Shown here piece by piece: positions 10,036 to 23,468 of a stretch of DNA of 64,000 nt. The notes beneath the pieces are model-generated. The model was not told the origin of the DNA. It did not search any database and saw only the letters and a program-made list of their open reading frames with translations. Positions within the stretch are counted from its first letter, which is position 1. Each line of letters begins with the position of its first letter. Source of the DNA: Zancudomyces culisetae HAW-14-8 (Eukaryota; Fungi; Kickxellomycota); contig JBNJNM010000013.1 in assembly GCA_052426225.1 (NCBI GenBank), positions 806,001 to 870,000 on the forward strand, in the 5' to 3' direction. The translations under genes were made by a program, and so were the position numbers.

Positions 10036-13013
10036 CTTCACTCGTGATGCAGAGTGGTATTATCTTGCTGAGTAGAATCCTCGTTCTCTCATTTTTATTT
10101 TTATTTCTACTTCTATTTTTATATTAGCATTGTTAGTATTATCGGTGTAATTGTTGTGAATGACAATGGTCTTTATAATGTTGTTGTGATCTTTTGTAAT
10201 CTAATAGCTATACATAGCCTAAATAACCACAAAAATAAATAACTGATACCTATACTCCCAACATAACAATACTTGAACCAAAACATCTACCATTTTTAGT
10301 ATCTTTTTTTTGACCAAACAAAAGACAGAGTAACAAGTGGACATAATCACGCTGTGTAAACTATAAGCAAGCCAGTTTAGCTACATATATAGCTATAGGA
10401 GAGCTTTATTATATTAAAAAAAAAGTTTAAAAAAAAACTAAAAGTACAAAGCAATCTAAAGAAAAGAGAATAGGATAAAGTGCAGTAAAATTCTATCCCC
10501 TCGTAAAAGTAAAAAAACTCAAAGAAAAAAAACAAAGTATGCTCCAGTACATATCTGGGATGTGTATAGTGCCCAGTAAAAGGAAACGAAGCTCTGCTCT
10601 TCTCTGATAGTTCTATTTTTTCAAAGTATAACAAGGTTAAGTTTCATTACACGGATAAAGCAATACAGGATGCAAAAGTAATGTATAATGAATCAGAGAG
10701 TAGACATTCAACATTATAAGAAAATACACAAAGTGCACTTTCAAAAAAAGCTATGTACGTAGCTAGATCTGATCGCCCGTCTACGATGTTCATCACATTT
10801 CACACAACATAAATATACATGACTACAATTAGCAAATCTTACTTACCTGTTTACATTTACATAGAGGAACGGGTTCTAACGATAAGAGGAAACATTTATA
10901 TTCGAATACATGACCAAAGATAGTACTAACAAGCACATATAAACAAAAAATTGTTGTTTTGTACCTAAATTTCAAAACCAAAACGTTAAAAAAATTTTTT
11001 TCTCTTTGCACGATTTAAGGGTGAATCGAAAAAAAATAGTCGATTTTGGATTACAGCCAACTATTCTCACAAATTGCCAAAGTCATCTTCCAATAGCTGG
11101 TCGATATCAAGGTGAATATTTTTTTTTTAGCATTAAATTCCATTTGAGTATTTCTTTTAGGCAAGAATCAATTGGCTGTAAAAATAATAGAAACCGCCCT
11201 AAAAAAAAATTGTAAGGGGGCAATCCTGTGGGTGCAGAAAGAAATTTCTTCCTGCAAAAACCGCCTCTGCTCTTCAAGAATGGAACCAGAAAGAGATATA
11301 CAATATAGTTGTATCAAAAATGTATAGGATAGTACCACAGGCGCGTGGTTGTTCAAGGGTGTAATTGTGTATTTCCATTTTGATCTCTCAAATATTTATC
11401 CTCGACCAAAATAGCATATTTCTGGCTGGTTTTAGGCTTTACCACTACCCAAGCACCGTAGAGTATGGATAAAGCTGTTTCTAAATTGGGTGTAACTGTT
11501 AGATTTAATACTAGAACTGTGGTGGAAATAATGACTCGAGTATAACCAAACTTGTAATCTTGTTCATGATTGAATAAATTGTCATTATTATGATTACTAT
11601 TGTTGCTATTGTTGCTATTGTTGTTGCTTTCACAGGTTGACGAAACTATGCTTGCTAGCCCATCGTCCAAAAACGGTATTGCTCAAAGAAAAACAAATAA
11701 AGAGAGGTAGGGAGAGGCTGGGTTTCCGAAAATCAAAATAATCAACAAATAGGACTGGGGCCGTAGAATATGTTATTCGCGATCTCTTATGCAGTGATGA
11801 AAATCGGACGATTTTTGTCCGCTAAGGGTGCTATACACATATCCATTGGGCTGTAATTAAGATTTTTCATGCTTTTCCTCCATCTAATGGGATTCATTTA
11901 TTCGAATAAAAATACTGATTGTAGTATTCAACAAATTACAGAAGAATAAAATGAAGAAAAAAATAAAGAAAAAGAAAAAGCCGAAAACATTCACATGCAT
12001 TCTGCCACTGCTAATTCCGGATTTGTTTTGATGTTATCGGTTAGTTACCATTGCTAAAAAAGCGCCACTGAGTGCTAATGTAGGTTGTCCAATAATCACC
12101 ATTCATTCCTTTCCTCTCCACCCAAAAAACGATCAAAATTACAAGCATACTCACATTGTACTGTTCCAAACCAATGCCATTCAATTGTGCAAAAGCATAA
12201 TCACAGTCGTGCTTTGGGTGTGACGAGAGAAGATAGTGGAGAGATGGCTGGCGAGTAGCCTATCTTTCTTTACACCAATGCGCAAAATGGTGGATAAGAA
12301 AAGTCAAGTTTGGTGTCTCCCTCCCTCCTTCAGAATCTGAGATTTATAGTAGTGTACAGACATATCAAAATAGCTCTTTGTTGTGTCTTACCACACCGCC
12401 TCCCCGAAATGTGTTGTGATTATCTTGTAAAACACGCAATCTAAATTCACAGCCAATCAGTCTTTAGATCCAAAATACCCATTGTCCTTTCCCCCCCCCT
12501 CCCCACCCCCCCAAAAAAGAAAGAGAAATGCAAAATGTACCACTTTTTACACAAAATTCACACCCAGATACTGGAGAATTGATTTTGAGATAGCAGAGTA
12601 CACTAAAATCAGAGATTGGTGTAATTTTTGATTACCAACTTGGTAAATTAGCACGGCCACTTCCCATTGGACAATGCTGAATCATGCTAAATTGGACGAA
12701 CATATTGAATATTTCCACAATCACGTTTCTAGCGTTATTTTCCAAAATTCTACCAGTTCGTTCTTGCACTGCAGAAGTAGCCATATTTTCAACCATCGAT
12801 GGCTTAATTTAAATCCTCCAAATAGGACAAAGATACAAAAGCTAGTAAAGAAAAAAGTTCATCCAAAAAGTAGTTAGGATACTTTATCAACATCAAAACT
12901 AAGCTAACCTGTTTGTTATCACATCATTGAACTTGCGCTTCGTTGATTTAATTTCGAGAAATTACGAATTCAATAGCTCAAAGAGACGAAAAACAAAAGA
13001 CAAAAAGTCTGAT

Positions 13014-16000
13014 ATGGATGAAAAGGGGGAAATGCCAGCGTCAAAGGTAGATAAAGAGACGCAAGAAATCAAGAAAGTTCCACCGGCAAATGAAGGCTCT
13101 GACACTCTTTTTGGGACGACATTTGACGGAAAAAGTAACCTTCAAAATATACTACAGATAAATACACAGCTCTTTGCAAGAATGAGAGCAAATTAAAGTG
13201 AGAAGGGAGGGGGGAGGTGCTGTGGTGTTACTTTATCAAGTCGTGGGTGGCACACCCACACATCATTAAACACAATATCTTGACATTATACATACAATCC
13301 CACCTTCCCCTTCCCCTCTTTCTTATTACTTCTCTTCTCACAATACCCCTCCATAACAACCAGCTCTTCGCTAACAAGTTTTATGCCTTCTTTTTACGTT
13401 ATATAGGATTCAAAATCCCCAAAACAACAAACATGATCGCATCGTTATTTGGACCAGATCTTAAGACAAAAACCATGTTTGACTACATTATTTTGTCGGT
13501 GATAGGACTGCATATTTATATTTTTTTCACATTCAGCGCCTTTTGGAGAGGGACCACTCTGACAGCCCTGTTTTTCTTTTGGAGAACGTGCTACAATGTT
13601 GGGTTAGGAGTGCTGCTTAGATGGCAAAGCCAGCGACAGGGGCTCGTTGCAACTCTCAAAAAATATGGATGGAAAAGCACAGATAATGGCGGAATTATCG
13701 GAAGATGGTTGAGAAGAGAGGTGGAATACAAAATGGGGAATGACTACAATTTCAGTGTAAGTTTTCTATTTTTCAGTGTTGTGTCAAATATTTGAATATA
13801 TACACGTATCAAAACGTCAAAGCGATAAACTAACCACAAAAAAATTAATGGGTGTAGGAAATACCTATTGACTTCAGCGTTTGGTTAGTGTTCAGGCAAC
13901 TGGTGGATATGATTCTAGTGTGTGATTTTGTAGCATATGCGCTACTCGCACTTTCATGCTTGGGGTCAGCCTCAGTTAAGGCCGAGCTGTGGCAACTAGT
14001 TTTGAGAAATATCGGTGGATGGACGCTAGTATTTTTCAACCTTTGGGTAAAGATAAACGCTCACAAAGTAGTTAAGGACTATGCATGGTGTAAGTTTATA
14101 TTATTGATATTTTCATGATTATAAATACGAATACAAATACACATATGTTTCAACCACTCAACACTCTTTTTCACTGTTACTAACTTAAATTACTCAAAAA
14201 ATACACACATATAGACTGGGGTGATTTCTTCTTTAAGGTTGAGCAATGGCTAATCTTTGATGGTGTATTTGAAATGGCTCCGCATCCGATGTATTCAATA
14301 GGATATGCTGGCTATTATGGTGTCTCTCTAATCACAGGAAGCTACACCGTATTTTTTGTAAGCATAGCTGCACACATAATGCAGTTCATGTTCCTGACAT
14401 TTGTTGAAAACCCACACATTGAGAAAATATATGAAAAACCAGCTGTACTCGACGAGGTAGTAAGAATAAACAAGGAACGGCGTGGTTCATCGTCCAATGC
14501 TAAAACTGAAAAGGAAGAAGGTAGAATGAATGAGGAGTTACTGAGCGATGGGGTATTGGACAAGAATCAACTTTTGGGCCTGTCGAACTTTGAGCTTTTT
14601 AGACCCGTAGATATGCTACTGATTCTACTGATATACTATAGTTTTATTGTTCCGCTTGCGTTTAGCTTTGTCTTCAAACCAAAAGAGGAGGTACACTACC
14701 ATATTCTGGTATTTTCAGTGATTAATTGCGCAGTATGGATACTCATAAGGACTCTTGGTATAAGTGTGCTTTTCTACAAACAAAGCACTTCGCAGTGGTG
14801 GACAAAGTGGTTTATTAAGCGCGGAAAGGGTGTAAACCAATCTTTCAAGTATTGGAAGTCGCTTTACAATGTGTGTGTAGTAATGACTATTTTATCTTTT
14901 GCTCAGGTTGCAATAGTTGCATATAAATGGACCGGAGGAACTCAGCTATCGCTTTACAAATACAATAGCGAACAGTTGGCACATACAATGTTCAGACACA
15001 TCATCGGAATGGTAACTCCTTGATTCAACGTTTATAATAATTTGTCATATTTTTTTTATTACCGATATATTTATTGACTATAACGTCCAACCCGGCTTGG
15101 AATTGTATACAAAAATTAGGTATTGATTTCCCTACAAGTTTGGTGCGCAAGTTCCGTTTATCAGGCTATCGGGGAGTACGGATGGTATTATGGCGATTTT
15201 TTTATTCCTCAAAGTGACAATACCAATAAACTATATTACACGGGCATATACAGATATCTGAATAACCCAGAAAAGGTTATTGGCCAGGCAGCGTACTTCG
15301 GCTTGTCGATAATGTCCGGAAGTTGGACAGTCTTCACATTGGCTCTATCTCTTCAAATCCTACTGATGGTTTTTTATGAGTTCATTGAGGGTCCTCATAT
15401 GAAAAAATTATATGGACAACAGATTAGAGTTGATTCGGGAATAACAAAGACGATCAAAAAGGCTATTAATGAAAATTCACTAGCAAAGCTAATTGTCTAC
15501 GATTTCCCAAAAAGAATGGGTTCTAACCAGGATATGAGCACTCTTGCAGGATTTGGATCTGGATCCCACTCGCAGGATAACAAAGATGTCAGTGGAGACT
15601 TTAACGTTTCCAATTTGGTTAAACCTCTTTTTGATGTCAAAAAACCTTTGAAAGAAATGGTGAATGAAACCAGGGCGTTTATTGGCTCTACAAGTCGCAG
15701 ACTGGCTCAAAACATGTAAGTTGCCTTTTTTTCCTCCTATACAACACAGTATAATATAATATAACATAACATAATATAGTATAATAAAACACAACTCGCA
15801 TACCAATTAACTTGATCTACTTGTTCCCTTATTTTTTGTATTACTTTAGCATACCACCAAGTTTGAAAGGAATAAAAAACCTCGAACTCTATAAATTCGA
15901 GCTAGTAAATTCCCGCAAAGACAAGGACATGCGCAACAGCGAACCATCGGATTCTAAAATTGTTTACGAGTTGGGTGAACCAATTACGATTCGTTGGGAA

Positions 16001-17080
16001 GCACCTGTCACACACCTGCGTAACGACTGGGTCGGGATATACCCAGTTACCAGTAACCCCAGTCCAGCAATCACTACTGTGCCCTCGAAGGGCCAGTACG
16101 TATACGTTCATCCGGACGAAAAACTGATGAGCGGGTTCGTTCAAGGGGACTGTATGTTTACAGGTGCTTGTGATGGTTTACGCGACGCAAAATCAGAACA
16201 TGAAGTGTCTTCAAGCCATAAGCTAGATTCGGCGGAGGATTCGGTGGCTTCTACCGGAAAAAAAGAGGTGTACTATGGGAGTGCGGTATTTAGTGGGAAC
16301 TCATTGCCCTGGAAAGCTGGAACCTACGAAATGAGATATCATCATGGCGAATCACATAACGTCATTGCAATATCGCCTGCATTTGAGATTTCCGGTAAGT
16401 TTTATGCTTTTCCAGTTTATTTATATCCTAGAGCGTTTTACTAGGATTACGTGATGCCTATTCGCCATCCTGCAAAACTCACATAAAGTTTGGCTTGTTT
16501 TGATCAACCAGTATTGACACTTGGTATATCTTCACAAATAGCTTCCCTCAACGATCTACAATATGATCAAAGCGACCTTAAGGCGCTCACCTCTAAGCTC
16601 TTTTTGAAAATCTTAAACCGGTGCACCTCTGTAACCGTGACAATAAACGTGGATGATTTGGATTCATCACCTATTCTTAAGTATAAATCGTTTTTTGATT
16701 CCTCATCGGATTCTTTGCCTATAAAACCCGCACACATTGATGAAGATAGTCACGAATCACAGATACTTGAGTCCAATGGCGGAGCCAACTCCAAAGCCCT
16801 GTTCTTAGATAACCCCAGATGGCGTTCAAAGGTTATTGAACCCATGAAAGAGCTGTCTGATCCCATAGGAATTTCTGGGTCGTTGGAGCCTTCAGTAGCA
16901 AAGCGCTTAGCATATTGCATCTCAGCGTATTTCAAAATTGGCTATTCGTCCGAAGTGCTTACAAAAGCCGCAAAGAACAATCTATCAGCTGCTACGATTG
17001 CAGATCATATATACAATAGCAAGCTTGCATTGGAATCTTTTTCGAAAAACCAAGCGGATTCTCTGGCTATTTTGGAATAA
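13014..17080 (+). CDS. CHO2: Phosphatidylethanolamine N-methyltransferase. Exons 13014-13134, 13407-13756, 13858-14089, 14215-15011, 15120-15715, 15850-16394, 16512(or 16542)-17080
   Basis: The spliced product gives FWRTCYNVGLG, WLVFRQLVDMIL, VVKDYAWYWGDFF, FDGVFEMAPHPMYSIGY, GEYGWYYGDFF, GIYRYLNNPEK and DWVGIY. All junctions are GT-AG and in phase. Confidence 0.93.
15750..15786. repeat. Degenerate pentamer repeat (ATAAT/ATAAC) within CHO2 intron 5
   Basis: ataatataatataacataacataatatagtataata seen directly. Confidence 0.7.
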
Positions 17081-17453
17081 GTTGAACCTCGTGTTTTTTT
17101 TTTCTTATTTGGGTTTTTATTGCCTCTGATTATATTTTTCCGATTATATGGTTAGTGTTTGAAATACTGTAGCTTGGTTAACAGTTTCTTTGTTTACACC
17201 CGAGCTAGGTATTATATTCAAAATATAATCACCATAAAACCACAGCTATGAATACTTGGCTTAAACATTTGTGGCATTTTAATGCTTTCCCTCCAATCAA
17301 ACCGGAAAATCAAGTACAGCAAAAAAAAAATTGCTAGGCTTTTTCACTTGCGCAAATCCAGTTTTTATTTCCACTATTTTTTTGCGTTCATATATATGCT
17401 TTAATCCTAATATACTATAACAAGCATATTTACAAAAACAATCGAAATACCCT

Positions 17454-18665
17454 ATGACACACGCAGTTTTCAGAAATGAGTACATAATTACGAGCGTATT
17501 CAAATATTTGGATCAACATTCCTTGTCTCAGGTGTGTGGTGTGTGTAGGCTATGGTGGGCGGTTGGTGTGCCTATCCTTTACCGCTCCCCTGTTCTAGCG
17601 AATGAAGAATCTTTTCTATTGTTCATTATGACCCTTGCGGAATCTTTTCAATTTTCATTTAGATGGGACGATACGTTGAAACAATTTGTCAGCATACAGG
17701 AGCAGTCATTTTCGATGTGGGAGGCAAATGAAATTACAGAGCAACGACCAGCGTCCGAACCAGAATTCAAATTCTTTGATGTGGATGGTATAGAGCGTGG
17801 GTATTATTGTGCCCCTATCAAAGTACTGGCTGAGTTGCATGAGGAGTATAGAAAACCGGAAAAATTTGGATATCGGTCGATATGGTGGCCAACTCTAATT
17901 TTATACTACAAAGAAAATGAAGGACAGTATAACAGCAGTACCATATATTGTGTAAAGCGAGAAGATGCTATTTATAATATGGCTTGTAAGCTACTAGATG
18001 CACACCATTTACATTACCCTAGGCTTCAGAAAAGACAAAAAACAAAATATTGCCCAAGAGCAATAGGTAGTCTCAATGGTATTTTGTCTTCATATTTGCA
18101 GAAGCCCGTGTTTATCCCCGTTTCCTTGTGTCATTTTGTCAAAATACTTGATATGTCCGCTGTTCATAATAGATGGAGCTGGGTAAGCGGAAATATGGGC
18201 TCGATGCTATTGCAATTTTTATTCAACCTGCAGCACATTGATATATCGCATTGTCACAATATCTTCCCCACCGACATATGCAAATGGGCAAAATTGTATG
18301 CGAATAAAGTGGAATCAATGGTATTTTGTGATACACATATTAATAATGAATCCTTAGAAACAATTTCGTCTGGGTATTTTCCTAAACTCAAAAGCATGGA
18401 TCTATCAGAAACACATGTTGATGATGAGGGTATCTCCTGTTTGACCTCAGAAAGGTACCCAAAGCTAGAATACTTGAGCCTGGATTCTCTTGATATATCT
18501 GATGATGGTATCAATTCTATTTTTGCAGGCCTACCCAAAATAAGGTACATTTCTATCGAAAACACGATTGTTCGAGACACTCTAGACACAGTAATTGCAC
18601 TAAATGATAAATATGAGTGGGTAGATGTTAATTCTTCCGATTCTGATTCTGATTCTGACGAATAG
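17454..18665 (+). CDS. F-box / leucine-rich repeat protein
   Basis: N-terminal F-box-like segment (EYIITSVFKYLD..LSQVCGVCRLWW..PILY). C-terminal LRRs (LKSMDLSETHVDDEGI, LEYLSLDSLDISDDGI). Acidic tail. Confidence 0.8.
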   Translation: MTHAVFRNEYIITSVFKYLDQHSLSQVCGVCRLWWAVGVPILYRSPVLANEESFLLFIMTLAESFQFSFRWDDTLKQFVSIQEQSFSMWEANEITEQRPASEPEFKFFDVDGIERGYYCAPIKVLAELHEEYRKPEKFGYRSIWWPTLILYYKENEGQYNSSTIYCVKREDAIYNMACKLLDAHHLHYPRLQKRQKTKYCPRAIGSLNGILSSYLQKPVFIPVSLCHFVKILDMSAVHNRWSWVSGNMGSMLLQFLFNLQHIDISHCHNIFPTDICKWAKLYANKVESMVFCDTHINNESLETISSGYFPKLKSMDLSETHVDDEGISCLTSERYPKLEYLSLDSLDISDDGINSIFAGLPKIRYISIENTIVRDTLDTVIALNDKYEWVDVNSSDSDSDSDE

Positions 18666-21600
18666 CCTATTAATTGTATATTTTCTCTTTTGCCATCACT
18701 TCGCTTTTCTTGACCCGTTCTTCTTATTGAATATCTAGCGTACACATCTTGAATGACTATTTCACAAATAAATTAGTCGATTTGTTAAAAATCACACTAA
18801 GTGTTATAGAGTTACCACATAGTATTGGTTTGGTCGTTTCGGCTCTTGTATTTAACGCCCCAGCTAGCGGAGTTGTGGAAAATAAACACCTTCATTGAGC
18901 ACCGTTCTCTTACCCACAGGTATTGGAGTTGACAAGTGTTGTAATACACTTTCTGGTATTAGTAACTGGAAATATCAACGAAATGATATATTAGAGTATT
19001 CAAGCTTTGATTTGGTTTTACAAGTGGCATTGTTGTTTTTCAAAACTATTATTGAAAAATATGAAGGGTGGAAACCCTAGTGTACTGGCTCAAGTTGCAA
19101 GCTGTTTTGTTTTGGTTATATCAAGTTTGGTATGAATGAGAGTACCCATATATTAGTAGTAGAGTTCAAGCGAGATAAAAATCAAAGCCAACAGCGAACC
19201 ATATTAATTGGTGAGAGGAACAGGTGTTGTTATCGAAAATATGGTTGTATGCAAAAGTTTGTGCAATCAACTATAAGTGGAGTTATTATTGCACCATTTT
19301 GTGAAAGAATTCATGGTGTGAGAGTACAGCGGTATTTGAGTTTATGGGACTGATGGTTTGTGTATTTCAAAAGTGAATAGTTGTGCTGAATAAACATGAG
19401 GGTTTGATGTTTATTTACTTTGGCTTGACTGTATTGGAATAACACATTCTTGGGTTCTGATCCTCAACTCTTTAAATACAATCAGTATAACCATTATAGA
19501 TATGATAGTAGTCACGCTAAGTAGGTGAATATTCATAATACCAAGTCGAGCTGGGTGTATGAATGTCAATTGGGTTTGTTTCGTAATTCATAGAAATAGT
19601 ACTGTTTTTATGGCTGTACTTTGTTAAATCTGCAGTTTCGCTCGGTTATTCACATGAATTGGTTAAAGTAACATATTGTGCCAAACAACCTACTCACCAA
19701 CGGGAGGAGATGCAAAGAGTGATGTTTCCTGCTTATTTTTATACGCGTTATTGAGTATTCCGTTTTAGACGATTTTAATAGTTTCAACCAACATACCGAT
19801 ACAATGTTAACATCCGCTTCAAGTACTCATTGATTGATGGTAATAAATTGGTGAGTTCTGAGTGAAAAAAACCATTTAAAAGTTTAATGTATTGTGTTCA
19901 GGGTTGTATAGCAAAGTAAGGCGGATAGATTATTTTATCAAAGCTGTTACAAAAAATAGAATGTAGTGTGACGTATTTGTTGGTAGAGAAGCCCTATTTT
20001 CCATGAGCAGACGGGAAAAAAATAATATAAATACCTTGAAAAAAAGCAGCACATAAACATAAAGAATTATTCAAGTGTAGTAGGAATAAATAAAATCGTT
20101 AGGAACCACACTCTCCCTGCACGGTCATGTGGGGAGGGGGTGAGAGAGGTTTAAAATCGATAGCTATGGATGTGGTGATAATAGAATAACAGGGCATGGT
20201 GGTGTTTGAGATATTTGCTTGATCAAAGTAGAGATAGTTATACCGGCATTTACTATCGAGAACCAGATAGCAATACTGTTAATACGACCAAGAGTGTGGC
20301 AAAGTTACCCTTGGGTTGAACAGTGAGAAAAAGTGTGAATATACATATCCACTAAAAAAAACGAGAGATCAGCTTCTCTAAACGATAAAGTAAAATGTAG
20401 AAATGGAACACCAAATAACCTCAACAAACCTGATAGAAATACTATGTATCGATATGCCAGGATGATCGTTAGAAGTATGTGGTAAAACAAAGCAAACTAA
20501 TCTGCTGTGAATGGTTATCTCAAGAATTTGTTGGATATATTTTTGTTCAGCAGAAATGGTGGGTTGAAAGTATCACATTTATTGCTGAGTGTACGCAGTA
20601 TACAAACACCAATAATATAATCAGAGATGGATGTAGCAATGCATAATCAGTATGGATACAAGTGTAATCTAGTTGCGGAGAATAAAGCAGATGCTAAACT
20701 CGGCTACAAAAATGTCAAAGAACAACTAGTAGGCGAAATGATTGCTTTATATCGAGTTGTTTAATGGAGGTGTGGGAGTTTGGTATTAATGAGTGTCGAG
20801 AGATGACAGCATATGGGATGGTGTTTAACGGATTGAGGCCATATATTTACAGGCAGATTTTAACAAGGAAACAGTACGGCAAATAATTGATATTCAAAGA
20901 ATACGCTTTAAAAAAAAAAGGAAACCAGTGCACAGCTTATCAGGCAAAGTAGCGAGTTTTTTCGATATTCAACGACAAGCCGAAAATTGTTGAAGATCCT
21001 GAAGCAAGAAATTATACATATTTCATGCTACAGTTGTTAAGGAGGGTTATACCATATGATCCAAGGATGCATTTAGCATGTATTGCAACATTAGTTATTC
21101 AGAGAATATTGGTAATGATGAGGAGTTGGACTAGTACAGAAACATCAGACTGGTGCTCAGGTGGCTGTTATAGTTTTCATACATCCTTTAATTATCAATA
21201 TTTCACCAAATAAATACTAAATAAACACCACATAAAACTACAAAAACAAGAATCCTACGTAATATATATCTGATCACCCCTTTTCTGTCATTGTACAAAC
21301 TCCATTTTCATTGTATACTGGTTTAAGAATGTCGTCTTCCCCCTAAATGGACTCAAGATAATCACACTACCTCAAACCATTCACTACAGTTGAAATAAAT
21401 GTCTAACGACACTTCCTATGCTACGCATGTTATACATTTTACAATATGGTCGGTCAATGTGCGTCAAGTTTTAAGAACAGTAGATCATTTTGTATTAGGG
21501 TTTATTTTCCATTGTCGTTTTAGTACAATAAATATCAAAATATATGCTCTAAAATTAAGTTAAAATAATGCTATTCGAGTCTAAAATCAATTGAGTATCA

Positions 21601-21716
21601 ACACAGTGCTGTTAAAAAATTTAATATAATTTAAGAATAAAATGGATATCACCAAGAGAGGGATAAAAGCCAATTTTTTTAATGATTTTCGACATTTAGG
21701 CATCAGGGACGCTGCT

Positions 21717-23468
21717 CTAGTTTCTATTTGCAAGAAGTCTATTTCTAATTATTGATAACTCCACATCCTTTCGGTACTTATTATTATCAGAAACTTTGAG
21801 GGCTGGGTAAGCAGGGATTTGATGAAAATAGTTCACTGGCGCGTAGTTGGCATGATCAGTATACATTGGGTGATTGTTAAATCCATTACCTGGTGCGTGT
21901 TCATATCTCATTGGTACAGGGTGTTGAGAAAAATGATGCTCGGGATATGGATCGCGTAGTTGAAGAGCATTTCCAGGCATTAGTGAAACATTTTTCTGAT
22001 ATAAATTACATCTATCCAAAGGAGCATCTTCTGTGTTTGCATTTACTCCAGAATGGATATGACCTAGCTCGCCTATCCCGGCACCATGGTCTCCGCCGTT
22101 TAGCTGTTCAAAAATAGGTAGACCTTGCGCCTGTATGCCACCACTTCCTATCCCACTGATAGCATTAGTAACCGAGTTTTCTGAATCAGATTCTCGTTTA
22201 GTATCATTGCCATTAATCGAAAAATCGCTGGTGAGCAGTTGTAGGCCGTTGGTGTTATTTGAAGATTCAAGCTCGGATCTCATGTTATTTTTATTTAGGT
22301 TCATGCTATGAACTAGGTCGTTCTGAATGCTGTCGAAGCTGCGTTTTACCACCCTCGAAGATTCGATGTTTTCACCACCCTGTTCCAATCTTCCAGAAAG
22401 AGGTTCATTATTAGATACTCCTGGCTCAAAAATGTTGAATTTTAGGGAGTCTGAAGAACCAGAAAATGGTAATCTCGTGGTATAATTTTCAGCGAGACCG
22501 CTAGAGGCTCTTTTTCCCACAACGGGGGGATCAAATTCATTATATGCAGAGACAAAATCACCAGCATTTGAATTGTTTAATGCTGAATTTGAAAATTTTA
22601 CGGGAGCAGAAAGAGTGTACGAATGAGCAGCGGCAAACCTGTGGTGAGGCATATAATCAAATGATGACTCTACAAAGTTTGGTAGTTGCATCTGTTTTCG
22701 CATTCTAGGTGTAGTTTTCTGATTAGCAGAACCGTTATAGAACCTGAACCCACTTCCAGACGGGTATGATCCTGTGTTTCTTTGCAAAGGTTGACCAAAT
22801 GACATGGGGTTCAACTCGCCTAAACTGTCGGGAACCAATCCATTGTTGTTTACAAGCAAACTATAGTTTCCATCCCTTTCATTTGGAATCAACGTAGCCC
22901 TACTGAAATTATTGTGTAAATAACCCATTTCATTTCTAGGGTTATCAAGCGAGTGTGTTTCACTGAGTTCAGGAAAGAATACCCTGGAATCTGGATCAAA
23001 TGAAAAATCGTGAGCGCTTTCAAAATTGCTGACAGAAGGATGGCTGTAATATGTAGCACTTCTGTATCCTAATGATCGTTGCTTCTTAGCTGCATTTGGT
23101 GTTAATTCTGAATCGAAGAACCGTGAACCATTTGTTGTAAAATCGTTTCCCATTTTAAAGTATTCCAACCCCAAAGACGCAGAAGCGTCTGATAAACCGA
23201 TTGACAAAACCTTTGAATTGTCTTCACCTTCAACGTTTCTCTTGCTCTTCGAGGCTGGAGGACGGCCACGGGCTCGTTCAGAGTTATACTCGCATGTAAA
23301 TTTATCTTTTAGACATTTTCCGCATGACGGTTTCCCACCATCACATTTTGTTTTGCGTCTTCTACACGAGTCGCATGCGATATGACCGGGTTTCTTGGGA
23401 GACTGGCTTTTAGACGCGCTATCCTTCCTGACCAATGGAGCAGATGATGTATTTGTAGAGGCATCCAT
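21717..23468 (-). CDS. Zn(II)2Cys6 (GAL4-type) transcription factor with long low-complexity C-terminus
   Basis: ACDSCRRRKTKCDGGKPSCGKCLKDKFTCEY followed by RARGRPP; 583-aa ORF. Confidence 0.9.
   Translation of the reverse strand: MDASTNTSSAPLVRKDSASKSQSPKKPGHIACDSCRRRKTKCDGGKPSCGKCLKDKFTCEYNSERARGRPPASKSKRNVEGEDNSKVLSIGLSDASASLGLEYFKMGNDFTTNGSRFFDSELTPNAAKKQRSLGYRSATYYSHPSVSNFESAHDFSFDPDSRVFFPELSETHSLDNPRNEMGYLHNNFSRATLIPNERDGNYSLLVNNNGLVPDSLGELNPMSFGQPLQRNTGSYPSGSGFRFYNGSANQKTTPRMRKQMQLPNFVESSFDYMPHHRFAAAHSYTLSAPVKFSNSALNNSNAGDFVSAYNEFDPPVVGKRASSGLAENYTTRLPFSGSSDSLKFNIFEPGVSNNEPLSGRLEQGGENIESSRVVKRSFDSIQNDLVHSMNLNKNNMRSELESSNNTNGLQLLTSDFSINGNDTKRESDSENSVTNAISGIGSGGIQAQGLPIFEQLNGGDHGAGIGELGHIHSGVNANTEDAPLDRCNLYQKNVSLMPGNALQLRDPYPEHHFSQHPVPMRYEHAPGNGFNNHPMYTDHANYAPVNYFHQIPAYPALKVSDNNKYRKDVELSIIRNRLLANRN

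Noticed and set aside
11353-11670. 105-aa minus-strand ORF with NNS repeats
   Set aside because: Non-ATG start, repeat-driven, no motifs.
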